A stretch of 64,000 nt of DNA. It comes from Balanoglossus misakiensis (lineage: Eukaryota; Animalia; Hemichordata). Position 1 is the stretch's first letter, and each line of letters begins with the position of its first letter. Below the pieces are notes generated by a model. The model made no database searches, was not told where the DNA came from, and saw only the letters and a program-made list of their open reading frames with translations. The position numbers and the translations under genes are program-made. The DNA lies in NCBI GenBank assembly GCA_040954595.2, contig JBECUI020000024.1, positions 248,001-312,000 on the forward strand, in the 5' to 3' direction. Below, piece by piece: positions 37,476-53,100 of the stretch.

Positions 37476-38133
37476 TGTAGGATCCAATTCCTACTTGCAT
37501 GGGCCCCTGGAGTACACACTCTGGACACTCGTGTTGTATAAAAATTCCCCTTTTATTTTACTCTCTACGAGGAGCAAACTGTTCGGTGCATACAAAATAG
37601 ACCGTGCACGACGTAATAACACGGTTCTAATACTGGTATAACACTGGTATAACACGGGTACAACACGGTTCTGTATAACCAAATACATAGACGAAATAAA
37701 TTCAAGTAAGTATTCAAAGGTAAATGTAAAATGCCGATACAGAAGTTCAAACTCAATTACAAAGCAAATTCCAAAAATACAGCGTTTACAGGTAAGTAAA
37801 TTCAAATCAATTCTACTCAATCGCTCAAAATTAATGGTTTATAAATGAAGTAGTCTGCGTCCTGGATAGTCGCTGCTTCTGTTGAAAGACCGCTCTGTAT
37901 CGCTAAATAAAACAGGTAAGTCTTACCTCAGATGGTGACGCTTTTAGGGGCTCAAAAAGCATGCAGTGCAGTGGTCACAAACATGTAGCCTAGAAGGCCT
38001 GACGATGAAATGAAAACTTGCACACTGGCGAGGTGCCAATTTATAGTGAAAAGGAAATTTGCATATTGGATAACCACTATGTGCATGTGCACCTGCACAC
38101 ACAGCCATCCAATCAGGGAGGACTGCACTTACA
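37476..38133 (-). repeat. Putative 5' LTR of outer BEL/Pao (~658 bp, TGTA...TACA)
   Basis: Minus strand begins TGTAAG at the satellite junction and has AATAAA (~37555) about 75 nt before ...CCTACA. Degenerate ~12-bp internal repeats at 37615-37680. Inner boundary is inferred because no second LTR remains. Confidence 0.65.
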
Positions 38134-41100
38134 CCGGCTCTATATGACACAGACTGGCGTAAGTTATCAACGGTGATTACGTCGGATTTCCTACGGCCTG
38201 GTTTAGCTGAAGCTAAAGACGTTGGCTAAGTCGGGCAAACCGAAGAGGGAAAGTCACAGCGGTTCAACACTTGACATTTGTTCGGGTAGGACTGCATTAT
38301 TGCCTGTCAATTTCTAGAGAAAGCCCGAATTTAACCAGGGCGTTTCAAACACCGACGTTAGTTGGGGGCACGGCCTGCAGTACTGCCGGGTAAGCTGACA
38401 TCGGCGTACCGCATATAATGTAGGGGGGGGGGGGGTGGAACAGAACGGTTCAATACTACATTTATTAGATATCAGCTAATTTTGGACAATTTAATACAAA
38501 ATTGCGTTTTAATCTTTTTTGCACCAAAAAGGTCATTTTTAGGCAAAACATTCTTTATTTTTTAATTCGGTGACCTGATCATATATAAACAATTGCTTGT
38601 TTGTTAAAAGTTTTTATGACTTTTAAAAGCAGTGACCCTGGCGGCATTCAACACGAAAATAACAATTTTAGCCACAATTTGGTCAAAATGGTAAATTTTT
38701 GAAAATTACAAAAAATACCTGTTTTCTACATTTTCGGAAATCTGATGGAGTATAGAATGCTCTTCGTATATATATATCGTTACAAATTCCACAAAAGACC
38801 GTCTAATTTGGCTCACTTCAGACAAAATTGCGTTTTACCAAATTTTCCTTGAAAATGTCATCTTTAGAAAAAAAAAATAAAAAAACCTTTCTCTTTCGAA
38901 TTTGGTGCCCCGATCATATATGACATGTTGATTGTATGTTAAAACTTTCGACCACTCCAAAAATGCAGAGATATTGACGGAATTCAAGAAAAAATAGCCA
39001 TTTTGGCCATATTTTGACAAAAATGGTAAATGTTTAAAAAATCATAAAAAATTAACTCCTTTCTTCATTTTCGGAAATATTATGGAGCATGAAGTGTCGT
39101 TCTCTTGTAAAAAGTGCTGCAAATTCCAGAAAAGGCGGTATAATTTGAATCACCCAAGACAAAATTACCATTTTCGACTTTTTTTCGAAATATTGTCTTT
39201 TTTACAAAATAAATAAGAATAAATTCTTTTCTTAGTTTGAAACGGGTAAAGATACTTTCCACACGGGTTTTCTAACAATGAATTCCCGTTCATCAACTCA
39301 GATTTCCTACAGCATAAGTCGGCTGAAACCCTGACACTCTAGAGCAGAAACAGTTGCACACTGGTAACGTTGAACAAGTCGATTTTTCTACGGCCTGGCT
39401 CGGCTAAATCTCCGTCACAATATGACAGACACTAGCGTACGATAGCAACGGTGATCAAGTCAGATTTCCTACGGCATGGCTTGGCTAAAGCCCTGGCACT
39501 CTAGAGCAGAAACACGCGTACAGAGACCACGTTGATCTACTCGGATTTCCTTCGGCCTGGCTCTGCAAAAGACCCGACACTCTAGTACAAAGACGTTGGC
39601 TAAGTCGGGCAAACTGAAGAGGGAAAGTCACAGCGGTTCAACACTTGACATTTGTTTGGGTAGGACTGCATTATTGCCTGTCAATTTATAGAGAAAGCCC
39701 GAATTTAACCAGGGCGTTTCAAACACCGACGTTAGTTGGGGGCACGGCCTGCAGTACTGCCGGGTAAGCTGACATCGGCGTACCGCATATAATGTAGGGG
39801 GGGGACAGAACGGTTCAATACTACATTTATTCGATATCAGCTAATTTTGGACAATCATCTAAAATCTAAATCATTTTTTCATATTTGGATATCTGATGAT
39901 GTATGAAATTTCCATTATATGTAAACATGGTGCTGATTATAAAAAATGCATTCTGATTTAATACAAAATTGCGTTTTATTCATTTTTGCACCAAAAAGGT
40001 CATTTTTAGGCAAAACATTCTTTATTTTTTTAATTCGGTGACCTGATCATATATAAACAATTGCTTGTATGTTAAAAGTTTTTATGACTTTTAAAAGCAG
40101 TGACACTGGCGGCATTCAACACGAAAATAACAATTTTAGCCACAATTTGGTCAAAATGGTAAATTTTTGAAAATTACAAAAAATACCTGTTTTCTACATT
40201 TTCGGAAATCTGATGGAGTATAGAATGCTCTTCGTATGTATATATCGATACAAATTCCACAAAAGACCGTCTAATTTGGCTCACTGCAGACAAAATTGCG
40301 TTTTACCAAATTTTCCTTGAAAATGTCATTTTTAGAAGAAAAAAGAAAGAAAAAAACCTTTGTTCTTCAAATTTGGTGCCCTGATCATATATGATATGTT
40401 GATTGTATGTTAAAACTTTCGACCACTCCAAAAATGCAGAGATATTGACGGAATTCAAGAAAAAATAGCCATTTTGGCCATATTTTGACAAAAATGGTAA
40501 ATTTTTAAATAATCATAAAAAATTAACTCTTTTCTTCATTTTCGGAAATATTATGGAGCATGAAGTGTCGTTCTCTTGTAAAAAGTGCTGCAAATTCCAG
40601 AAAAGGCGGTATAATTTGAATCACCCAAGACAAAATTACCATTTTCGACTTTTTTTCGAAAAATTGTCTTTTTTACAAAATAAATAAGAATAAATTCTTT
40701 TCTTAGTTTCAAACGGGTAGAGATACTTTCCACACGGGTTTTCTAACATTGAATTCCCGTTCATCAACTCAGATTTCCTACAGCATAAGTCGGCTAAAAC
40801 CCTGACACTCTAGAGCAGAAACAGTTGCACACTGGTAACGTTGAACAAGTCGATTTTTCTATAGCCTGGCTCGGCTAAATCTCCGTCACAATATGACAGA
40901 CACTAGCAAACGTTAGCAACGGTGATCAAGTCAGATTTTCTACGGCATGGCTCGGATAAAGCCCCGGCACTCTAGAGCAGAAACACGCGTACAGAGACCA
41001 CGTTGATCTACTCACATTTCCTTCGGCCTGGCACGGCTGATGCCCCGGCACTATATATAGGACACAGACTGGCGTAAGTTAACAACGGTAATCACGTCGG

Positions 41101-44100
41101 GTTTCCTACGGCCTGGCTCAGCTGAAGCCCCGGCACTCTAGAGCAGAAACAGGCGTACATTGACCACGTTGATCAAGTCAGATTTCCTACGGCGTTACTC
41201 GGCTGGTGCACCGGCTCTATATGACACAGACTGGCGTAAGTTATCAACGGTGATTACGTCGGATTTCCTTCGGCCTGGTTTAGCTGAAGCCCCGGCACTT
41301 TAGAGCGGAAACACGCGTACATTGACCACGATGATCAAGTCAGATCTCCTACGGCCTGGCTCGACTAAAACCCCGGCACACCATGACAGACACTAGCGTT
41401 CGTTAGCAACGGTGATCAAGTCGGATTTCCTTCGGCCTGGCTCTGCAAAAGACCCGACACTCTAGTACATAGACGTTGGCTAAGTCGGGCAAACCGAAGA
41501 GGGAAAGTCACAGCGGTTCAACACTTGACATTTGTTCGGGTAGGACTGCATTATTGCCAGTCAATTTATAGAGAAAGCCCGAATTTAACCAGGGCGTTTC
41601 AAACACCGACGTTAGTTGGGGGCACGGCCTGCAGTACTGCCGGGTAAGCTGACATCGGCGTACCGCATATAATGTGGGGGGGGGGGGGGAACAGAACGGT
41701 TCAATACTACATTTATTAGATATCAGCTAATTTTGGACAATCATTTAAAATCTAAATCATTTTTTCATATTTGGATATCTGATGATGTATGAAATTTCCA
41801 TTATATGTAAAAATGGTGCTGATTATAAAAATGCATTCTGATTTAATACAAAATTGCGTTTTATTCGTTTTTACACCAAAAAGGTCATTTTTAGGCAAAA
41901 CATTCTTTATTTTTTTAATTCGGTGACCTGATCATATATAAACAATTGCTTGTATGTTAAAAGTTTTTATGACTTTTAAAAGCTGTGACACTTGCGGCAT
42001 TCAACACGAAAATAACAATTTTAGCCACAATTTGGTCAAAATGGTAAATTTTTGAAAATTACAAAAAATACCTGTTTTCTACATTTTCGGAAATCTGATG
42101 GAGTATAAAATGCTCTTCGTATGTATATATCGATAGAAATTCCAAAAAAAAAGACAGTCTAATATGGCTTACTGCAGACAAAATTGCGTTTTACCAAATT
42201 TTCCTTGAAAATGTCATTTTTAGAAAAAAAAATAAAAAAACCTTTGTTCTTCGAATTTGGTGCCCTGATCATATATGACATGTTGATTGTATGTTAAAAC
42301 TTTCGACAACTCCAAAAATGCGGAGATATTGACGGAATTCAAGAAAAAATAGCCATTTTGGCCATATTTTGACAAAAATGGTAAATTTTTAAAAAATCAT
42401 AAAAAATAAACTCTTTTCTTCATTTTCGGAAATATTATGGAGCATGAAGTGTCGTTCTCTTGTAAAAAGTGCTGCAAATTCCAGAAAAGGTGGTATAATT
42501 TGAATCACCCAAGACAAAATTACCATTTTCGACTTTTTTTTCGAAAAATTGTCTTTTTTACAAAATAAATAAGAATAAATTCTTTTCTTAGTTTCAAACG
42601 GGTAGAGATACTTTCCACACGGGTTTTCTAACATTGAATTCCCGTTCATCAACTCAGATTTCCTACAGCATAAGTCGGCTAAAACCCTGAAACTCTAGAG
42701 CAGAAACAGTTGCACACTGGTAACGTTGAACAAGTCGATTTTTCAACGGCCTGGCTCGGTTAAATCTCCGTCACAATATGACAGACACTAGCGTACGTTA
42801 GCAACGGTGATCAAGTTAGATTTTCTACGGCATGGCTTGGATAAAGCCCCGGCACTTTAGAGCGGAAACACGCGTACATTGACCACGATGATCAAGTCAG
42901 ATCTCCTACGGCCTGGCTCGACTAAAACCCCGGCACACTATGACAGACACTAGCGTTCGTTAGCAACGTTGATCAAGACAGATTTCCTACGGCATGGCTT
43001 TGCTAAAGCCCTGACACTCTAGTGCAGAAACACGAGTACAGAGACCACGTTGATCTACTCACATTTCCTTCGGCCTGGCACGGCTGATGCCCCGGCACTA
43101 TATATAGGACACAGACTGGCGTAAGTTAACAACGGTAATCACGTCGGGTTTCCTACGGCCTGGCTCAGCTGAAGCCCCGGCACTCTAGAGCAGAAACAGG
43201 CGTACATTGACCACGTTGATCAAGTCAGATTTTCTACGGCGTGACTCGGCTGGTGCACCGGCTCTATATGACACAGACTGGCGTAAGTTATCAACGGTGA
43301 TTACGTCGGATTTCCTACGGCCTGGTTTAGCTGAAGTCCCGGCACTTTAGAGCGGAAACACGCGTACATTGACCACGATGATCAAGTCAGATCTCCTACG
43401 GCCTGGCTCGACTAAAACCCCGGCACACCATGACAGACACTAGCGTTCGTTAGCAACGGTGATCAAGTTGAATTTCCTTCGGCCTGGCTCTGCAAAAGAC
43501 CCGACACTCTAGTACAAAGACGTTGGCTAAGTCGGGCAAACCGAACAGGGAAAGTCACAGCGGTTCAACACTTGACATTTGTTCCGGTAGGACTGCATTA
43601 TTGCCTGTCGATTTATAGAGAGAGCCCGAATTTAACCAGGGCGTTTCAAACACCGACGTTTGTTGGGGGCACGGCCTACAGTACTGCCGGGTAAGCTGAC
43701 ATCGGCGTACCGCATATAATGTAAGGGGGGGGGGGGGAACAGAACGGTTCAATACTATATTTATTAGATATCAGCTAATTTTGGACAATCATCTAAAATG
43801 TAAATCATCTTTTCATATTTGGATATCTGATGATGTATGAAATTTCCATTATATGTAAAAATGGTGCTGATTATAAAAATGCAGTCTGAATGAGCTGATT
43901 TAATACAAAATTGCGTTTTATTCGTTTTTGCACCAAAAAGGTCATTTTTAGTCAAACATTCTTTATTTTTTTAATTCGGTGACCTGATCATATATAAACA
44001 ATTGCTTGTATGTTAAAAGTTTTTATGACTTTTAAAAGCAGTGACACTGGCGGCATTCAACACGAAAATAACAATTTTAGCCACAATTTGGTCAAAATGG

Positions 44101-47100
44101 TAAATTTTTGAAAATTACAAAACATACCTGTTTTCTACACTTTCGGAAATCTGATGGAGTATAGAATGGTCTTCGTATGTATATATCGATACAAATTCCA
44201 CAAAAGACCGTCTAATTTGGCTCACTGCAGACAAAATTGCGTTTTACCAATTTTCCTTGAAAATGTCATTTTAGAAAAAAAAATAAAAAACCTTTGTTCT
44301 TCGAATTTAGTGCCTGATCATATATAACATGTTGATTGTATGTTAAAACTTTCGACCACTCCAAAAATGCAGAGATATTGACGGAATTGAAGAAAAAATA
44401 GCCATTTTGGCCATATTTTGACAAAAATGGTACATTTTTGAAAAATCATAAAAAATTAACTCTTTTCTTCATTTTCGGAAATATTATGGAGCATGAAGTG
44501 TCGTTCTCTTGTAAAAAGTGCTGCAAATTCCAGAAAAGGCGGTATAATTTGAATCACCCAAGACAAAATTACCATTTTTCGACTTTTTTTTCGAAAAATT
44601 GTCTTTTTTTACAAAATAAATAAGAATAAATTCTTTTCTTAGTTCCAAACGGGTAGAGATACTTTCCACACGGGTTTTCTAACATTGAATTCCCGTTCAT
44701 CAACTCAGATTTCCTACAAGTCGGCTAAAACCCTGACACTCTAGAACAGAAACAGTTGCACACTGGTAACGTTGAACAAGTCGATTTTTCTACGGCCTGG
44801 CTCGGCTAAATCTCCGTCACAATATGACAGACACTAGCGTACGTTAGCAACGGTGATCAAGTCAGATTTTCTACGGCATGGGTTGGATAAAGCCCCGGCA
44901 CTCTAGAGCAGAAACACGCGTACAGAGACCACGTTGATCAAGTCTGATCTCCTACGGCTTGGCTCGACTAAAACCCCGGCACACTATGACAGACACTAGC
45001 GTTCGTTAGCAACGGTGATCAAGTCAGATTTCCTACGGCATGGCTTGGCTAAAGCCCTGGCACTCTAGAGCAGAAACACGCGTACAGAGACCACGTTGAT
45101 CTACTCACATTTCCTTCGGCCTGGCACGGCTGATGCCCCGGCACTATATATAGGACACAAACTGGCGTAAGTTAACAACGGTAATCACGTCGGGTTTCCT
45201 ACGGCCTGGCTCAGCTGAAGCCCCGGCACTCTAGAGCAGAAACAGGCGTACATTGACCACGTTGATCAAGTCAGATTTCCTACGGCGTGACTCGGCTGGT
45301 GCACCGGCTCTATATGACACAGACTGGCGTAAGTTATCAACGGTGATTACGTCGGATTTCCTACGGCCTGGCTCGACTAAAACCCCGGCACACCATGACA
45401 GACACTAGCGTTCGTTAGCAACGGTGATCAAGTCGGATTTCCTACGGCCTGGCTCGACTAAAACCCCGGCACACCATGACAGACTCTAGCGTTCGTTAGC
45501 AACGGTGATCAAGTCGGATTTCCTTCGGCCTGGCTCTCCAAAAGACCCGACACTCTAGTACAAAGACGTTGGCTAAGTCGGGCAAACCGAAGAGGGAAAG
45601 TCACAGCGGGTCAACACTCGACATTTGTTCCGGTAGGACTGCATTATTGCCTGTCAATTTATAGAGAAAGCCCGAATTTAACCAGGGCGTTTCAAACACC
45701 GACGTTAGTTGGGGGCACGGCCTGCAGTACTGCCGGGTAAGCTGACATCGGTGTACCGCATATAATGTAGGGGGGGGGGGGGGGAACAGAACGGTTCAAT
45801 ACTACATTTATTAGATATCAGCTAATTTTGGACAATCATCTAAAATCTAAATCATTTTTTCATATTTGGATATCTGATGATGTATGAAATTTCCATTATA
45901 TGTAAAAATGGTGCTGATTATAAAAAATGCACTCTGAATGAGCTGATTTAATACAAAATTACGTTTTATTCGTTTTTGCACCTAAAAGGTCATTTTTAGG
46001 CAAAACATTCTTTATTTTTTTAATTCGGTGACCTGATCATATATAAAGAATTAATTGTATGTTAAAAGTTTTTATGACTTTTAAAAGCAGTGACACTGGC
46101 GGCACCAACACGAAAATAACAATTTTAGCCACAATTTGGTCAAAATGGAAAAATTTTTCAAAATTACAAAAAATACCTGTTTTCTACATTTTCGGAAATC
46201 TGATGGAGTATAGAATGCTCTTCGTATGTATATATCGATACAAATTCCACAAAAGACCGTCTAATTTGGCTCACTGCAGACAAAATTGCGTTTTACCAAA
46301 TTTTCCTTGAAAATGTCATTTTTAGAAAAAAAAAATAAAAAAACCTTTGTTCTACGAATTTGGTGCCCCGATCATATATGACATGTTGATTGTATGTTAA
46401 AACTTTCGACCACTCCAAAAATGCAGAGATATTGACGGAATTCAAGAAAAAATAGCCATGTTGGCCATATTTTGACAAAAATGGTAAATTTTTAAAAAAT
46501 CATAAAAAATTAACTCTTTTCTTCATTTTCGGAAATATTATGGAGCATGAAGTGTCGTTCTCTTGTAAAAAGTGCTGCAAATTCCAGAAAAGGCGGTATA
46601 ATTTGAATCACCCAAGACAAAATTACCATTTTCGACTTTTTTTCGAAACATTGTCTTTTTCACAAAATAAATAAGAATAAATTCTTTTCTTAGTTCCAAA
46701 CGGGTAGAGATACTTTCCACACGGGTTTTCTAACATTGAATTCTCGTTCATCAACTCAGATTTCCTACAAGTCGGCTAAAACCCTGACACTCTAGAGCAG
46801 AAACAGTTGCACACTGGTAACGTTGAACAAGTCGATTTTTTTACAGCCTGGCTCGGCTAAATCTCCGTCACAATATGACAGACACTAGCGTACGTTAGCA
46901 ACGGTGATCAAGTCAGATTTTCTACGGCATGGCTTGGATAAAGCCCCGGCACTCTAGAGCAGAAACACGCGTACAGAGACCACGTTGATCAAGTCTGATC
47001 TCCTACGGCTTGGCTCGACTAAAAACCCCGGCACACTATGACAGACACTAGCGTTCGTTAGCAACGTTGATCAAGACAGATTTCCTACGGCATGGCTTTG

Positions 47101-50100
47101 CTAAAGCCCTGACACTCTAGAGCAGAAACATGAGTACAGAGACCACGTTGATCTACTCACATTTCCTTCGGCCTGGCACGGCTGATGCCCCGGCACTATA
47201 TATAGGACACAGACTGGCGTTAGTTAACAACGGTAATCACGTCGGGTTTCCTACGGCCTGGCTCAGTTGAAGCCCCGGCACTCTAGAGCAGAAACAGGCG
47301 TACATTGACCACGTTGATCAAGTCAGATTTCCTACGGCGTGACTCGGCTGGTGCACCGGCTCTATATGACACAGACTGTCGTAAGTTATCAACGGTGATT
47401 ACGTCGGATTTCCTACGGCCTGGTTTAGCTGAAACCCCGGCACTTTAGAGCGGAAACACGCTTACATAGACCACGATGATCAAGTCAGATCTCGTACGGC
47501 TTGGCTCGACTAAAAACCCCGGCACACTATGACAGACACTAGCGTTCGTTAGCAACGTTGATCAAGACAGATTTCCTACGGCATGGCTTTGCTAAAGCCC
47601 TGACACTCTAGAGCAGAAACATGAGTACAGAGACCACGTTGATCTACTCACATTTCCTTCGGCCTGGCACGGCTGATGCCCCGGCACTATATATAGGACA
47701 CAGACTGGCGTTAGTTAACAACGGTAATCACGTCGGGTTTCCTACGGCCTGGCTCAGTTGAAGCCCCGGCACTCTAGAGCAGAAACAGGCGTACATTGAC
47801 CACGTTGATCAAGTCAGATTTCCTACGGCGTGACTCGGCTGGTGCACCGGCTCTATATGACACAGACTGTCGTAAGTTATCAACGGTGATTACGTCGGAT
47901 TTCCTACGGCCTGGTTTAGCTGAAACCCCGGCACTTTAGAGCGGAAACACGCTTACATAGACCACGATGATCAAGTCAGATCTCGTACGGCCTGGCTCGA
48001 CTAAAACCCCGGCACACCATGACAGACACTAGCGTTCGTTAGCAACGGTGATCAAGTCGGATCGGAACGGTTCAATACTAAATTTATTAGAAATCAGCTA
48101 ATTTTGGACAATCATCTAAAATCTAAATCATTTTTTCATATTTGGATATCTGATGATGTAGGAAATTTCCATTATATGTAAAAATGGTGCTGATTATAAA
48201 AAATGCACTCTGAATGAGCTGATTTAATACAAAATTACGTTTTATTCGTTTTTGCACCTAAAAGGTCATTTTTAGGCAAAACATTCTTTATTTTTTTAAT
48301 TCGGTGACCTGATCATATATAAAGAATTACTTGTATGTTAAAAGTTTTTATGACTTTTAAAAGCAGTGACACTGGCGGCACCAACACGAAAATAACAATT
48401 TTAGCCACAATTTGGTCAAAATGGAAAATTTTTTCAAAATTACAAAAAATACCTGTTTTCTACATTTTCGGAAATCTGATGGAGTTTAGAATGCTCTTCG
48501 TATGTATATATCGATACAAATTCCACAAAAGACCGTCTAATTTGGCTCACTGCAGACAAAATTGCGTTTTACCAAATTTTCCTTGAAAATGTCATTTTTA
48601 GAAAAAAAAATAAAAAAACCTTTGTTCTACGAATTTGGTGCCCCGATCATATATGACATGTTGATTGTATGTTAAAACTTTCGACCACTCCAAAAATGCA
48701 GAGATATTGACGGAATTCAAGAAAAAATAGCCATGTTGGCCATATTTTGACAAAAATGGTAAATTTTTAAATAATCATAAAAAATTAACTCTTTTCTTCA
48801 TTTTCGGAAATATTATGGAGCATGAAGTGTCGTTCTCTTGTAAAAAGTGCTGCAAATTCCAGAAAAGGCGGTATAATTTGAATCACCCAAGACAAAATTA
48901 CCATTTTCGACTTTTTTTCGAAAAATTGTCTTTTTTACAAAATAAATTAGAATAAATTCTTTTCTTAGTTTCAAACGGGTAGAGATACTTTCCACACGGG
49001 TTTTCTAACATTGAATTCCCGTTCATCAACTCAGATTTCCTACAGCATAAGTCGGCTAAAACCCTGACACTCTAGAGCAGAAACAGTTGCACACTGGTAA
49101 CGTTGAACAAGTCGATTTTTTTACAGCCTGGCTCGGCTAAATCTCCGTCACAATATGACAGACACTAGCGTACGTTAGCAACGGTGATCAAGTCAGATTT
49201 TCTACGGCATGGCTTGGATAAAGCCCCGGCACTCTAGAGAAGAAACACGCGTACAGAGACCACGTTGATCAAGTCTGATCTCCTACGGCTTGGCTCGACT
49301 AAAAACCCCGGCACACTATGACAGACACTAGCGTTCGTTAGCAACGTTGATCAAGACAGATTTCCTACGGCATGGCTTTGCTAAAGCCCTGACACTCTAG
49401 AGCAGAAACACGAGTACAGAGACCACGTTGATCTACTCACATTTCCTTCGGCCTGGCCAGGCTGATGCCCCGGCACTATATATAGGACACAGACTGGCGT
49501 AAGTTAACAACGGTAATCACGTCGGGTTTCCTACGGCCTGGCTCAGCTGAAGCCCCGGCACTCTAGAGCAGAAACAGGCGTACATTGACCACGTTGATCA
49601 AGTCAGATTTCCTACAGCGTGACTCGGCTGGTGCACCGGCTCTATATGACACAGACTGTCGTAAGTTATCAACGGTGATTACGTCGGATTTCCTACGGCC
49701 TGGTTTAGCTGAAACCCCGGCACTTTAGAGCGGAAACACGCTTACATAGACCACGATGATCAAGTCAGATCTCGTACGGCCTGGCTCGACTAAAACCCCG
49801 GCACACCATGACAGACACTAGCGTTCGTTAGCAACGGTGATCAAGTCGGATTTCCATCGGCCTGGCTCTGCAAAAGACCCGACACTCTAGTACAAAGACG
49901 TTGGCTAAGTCGGGCAAACCGAAGAGGGAAAGTCACAGCGGGTCAACACTCGACATTTGTTCGGGTAGGACTGCATTATTGCCTGCCAATTTATAGAGAA
50001 AGCCCGAATTTAACCAGGGCGTTTCAAACACCTACGTTAGTTGGGGGCACGGCCTGCAGTACTGCCGGGTAAGCTGACATCGGTGTACCGCATATAATGT

Positions 50101-53100
50101 AGGGGGGGGGGGGGGGGAAACAGAACGGTTCAATACTACATTTATTAGATATCAGCTAATTTTGGACAATCATCTAAAATCTAAATCATTTTTTCATATT
50201 TGGATATCTGATGATGTATGAAATTTCCATTATATGTAAAAATGGTGCTGATTATAAAAAATGCACTCTGAATGAGCTGATTTAATACAAAATTACGTTT
50301 TATTCGTTTTTGCACCTAAAAGGTCATTTTTAGGCAAAACATTCTTTATTTTTTTAATTCGGTGACCTGATCATATATAAAGAATTACTTGTATGTTAAA
50401 AGTTTTTATGACTTTTAAAAGCAGTGACACTGGCGGCACCAACACGAAAATAACAATTTTAGCCACAATTTGGTCAAAATGGAAATTTTTTTCAAAATTA
50501 CAAAAAATACCTGTTTTCTACATTTTCGGAAATCTGATGGAGTATAGAATGCTCTTCGTATGTATATATCGATACAAATTCCACAAAAGACCGTCTAATT
50601 TGGCTCACTGCAGACAAAATTTCGTTTTACCAAATTTTCCTTGAAAATGTCATTTTTAGAAAAAAAAATAAAAAAACCTTTGTTCTACGAATTTGGTGCC
50701 CCGATCATATATGACATGTTGATTGTATGTTAAAACTTTCGACCACTCCATAAATGCAGAGATATTGACGGAATTCAAGAAAAAATAGCCATGTTGGCCA
50801 TATTTTGACAAAAATGGTAAATTTTTAAAAAATCATAAAAAATAACTCTTTTCTTCATTTTCGGAAATATTATGGAGCATGAAGTGTCGTTCTCTTGTAA
50901 AAAGTGCTGCAAATTCCAGAAAAGGTGGTATAATTTGAATCACACATGACAAAATTACCATTTTCGCCTTTTTTTCTCGAAAAATTGTCTTTTTTACAAA
51001 ATAAATAAAAATAAATTCCTTTCTTAGTTTCAAACGGGTAGAGACACTTTCCACACGGGTTGTCTAACATTGAATTCCCGTTCATCAGCTCTGATTTCCT
51101 ACAGCATAAATCGGCTAAAACCCTGACACTCTAGAGCAGAAACAGTTGCACACTGGTAACGTTGAACAAGTCGATTTTTTTACAGCCTGGCTCGGCTAAA
51201 TCTCCGTCACAATATGTCAGACACTAGCGTACGTTAGCAACGGTGATCAAGTCAGATTTTCTACGGCATGGCTTGGATAAAGCCCCGGCACTCTAGAGCA
51301 GAAACACGCGTACAGAGACCACGTTGATCAAGTCTGATCTCCTACGGCTTGGCTCGACTAAAAACCCCGGCACACTATGACAGACACTAGCGTTCGTTAG
51401 CAACGTTGATCAAGACAGATTTCCTACGGCATGGCTTTGCTAAAGCCCTGGCACTCTAGTGCAGAAACACGAGTACAGAGACCACGTTGATCTACTCACA
51501 TTTCCTTCGGCCTGGCACGGCTGATGCCCCGGCACAGTATATAGGACACAGACTGGCGTAAGTTAACAACGGTAATCACGTCGGGTTTCCTACGGCCTGG
51601 CTCAGCTGAAGCCCCGGCACTCTAGAGCAGAAACAGGCGAACATTGACCACGTTGATCAAGTCAGATTTCCTACGGCGTGACTCGGCTGGTGCACCGGCT
51701 CTATATGACACAGACTGTCGTAAGTTATCAACGGTGATTACGTCGGATTTCCTACGGCCTGGTTTAGCTGAAACCCCGGCACTTTTGAGCGGAAACACGC
51801 TTACATAGACCACGATGATCAAGTCAGATCTCGTACGGCCTGGCTCGACTAAAACCCCGGCACACCATGACAGACACTAGCGTTCGTTAGCAACGGTGAT
51901 CAAGTCGGATTTCCATCGGCCTGGCTCTGCAAAAGACCCGACACTCTAGTACAAAGACGTTGGCTAAGTCGGGCAAACCGAAGAGGGAAAGTCACAGCGG
52001 GTCAACACTCGACATTTGTTCGGGTAGGACTGCATTATTGCCTGTCAATTTATAGAGAAAGCCCGAATTTAACCAGGGCGTTTCAAACACCGACGTTAGT
52101 TGGGGGCACGGCCTGCAGTACTGCCGGGTAAGCTGACATCGGCGTACCGCATATAATGTAGGGGGAGGGGGGGGGGGAACAGAACGGTTCAATACTACAT
52201 TTATTAGATATCAGCTAATTTTGGACAATCATCTAAAATCTAAATCATTTTTTCATATTTGGATATCTGATGATGTATGAAATTTCCATTATATGTAAAA
52301 ATGGTGCTGATTATAAAAAATGCACTCTGAATGAGCTGATTTAATACAAAATTGCGTTTTATTCGTTTTTGCACCAAAAAGGTCATTTTTAGGCAAAACA
52401 TTCTTCATTTTTATAATTCGGTGACCTGATCATATATAAACAATTGCTTGTATGTTGAAAGTTTTTATGACTTTTAAAAGCAGTGACACTGGCGGCATTC
52501 AACACGAAAATAACAATTTTAGCCACAATTTGGTCAAAATGGTAAATTTTTGAAAATTACAAAAATTACATGTTTTCTACATTTTCGGAAATCTGATGGA
52601 GTATAGAATGCTCTTCGTATGTATATATCGATACAAATTCCACAAAAGACCGTCTAATTTGGCTCACTGCAGACAAAATTGCGTTTTACCAAATTTTCCT
52701 TGAAAATGTCATTTTTAGAAAAAAAAATAAAAAAACCTTTGTTCATCGAATGTGGTGCCCTGATCATATATGACATGTTGATTGTATGTTGAAACTTTCG
52801 ACCACTCCAAAAATGCAGAGATATTGACGGAATTCAAGAAAAAATAGCCATTTTGGCCATATTTTGACAAAAATGGTAAATTTTTAAAAAATCATAAAAA
52901 ATTAACTCTTTTCTTCATTTTCGGAAATATAATGGAGCATGAAGTGTCGTTCTCTTGTAAAAAGTGCTGCAAATTCCAGAAAAGGCGGTATAATTTGAAT
53001 CACCCAAGACAAAATTACCATTTTCGACTTTTTTTCGAAAAATTGTCTTTTTTACAAAATAAATAAGAATACATTCTTTTCTTAGTTTCAAACGGGTAGA

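Larger units (their letters stand above)
24511..38133 (-). mobile_element. Outer BEL/Pao LTR retrotransposon, decayed, 3' LTR missing, interrupted by a nested BEL/Pao element
   Basis: Minus-strand gag-PR-RT-RH-IN polyprotein in one frame once the insert is removed. Starts TGTAAG at 38133; satellite resumes 38 bp after the stop codon. Confidence 0.93.

Noticed and set aside
24622-37820. Many short overlapping or antisense ORFs within the BEL elements, including a possible env or accessory gene
   Set aside because: They shadow long pol frames or the LTR, with no motifs; there is no room for an extra ORF between integrase and the 3' LTR.
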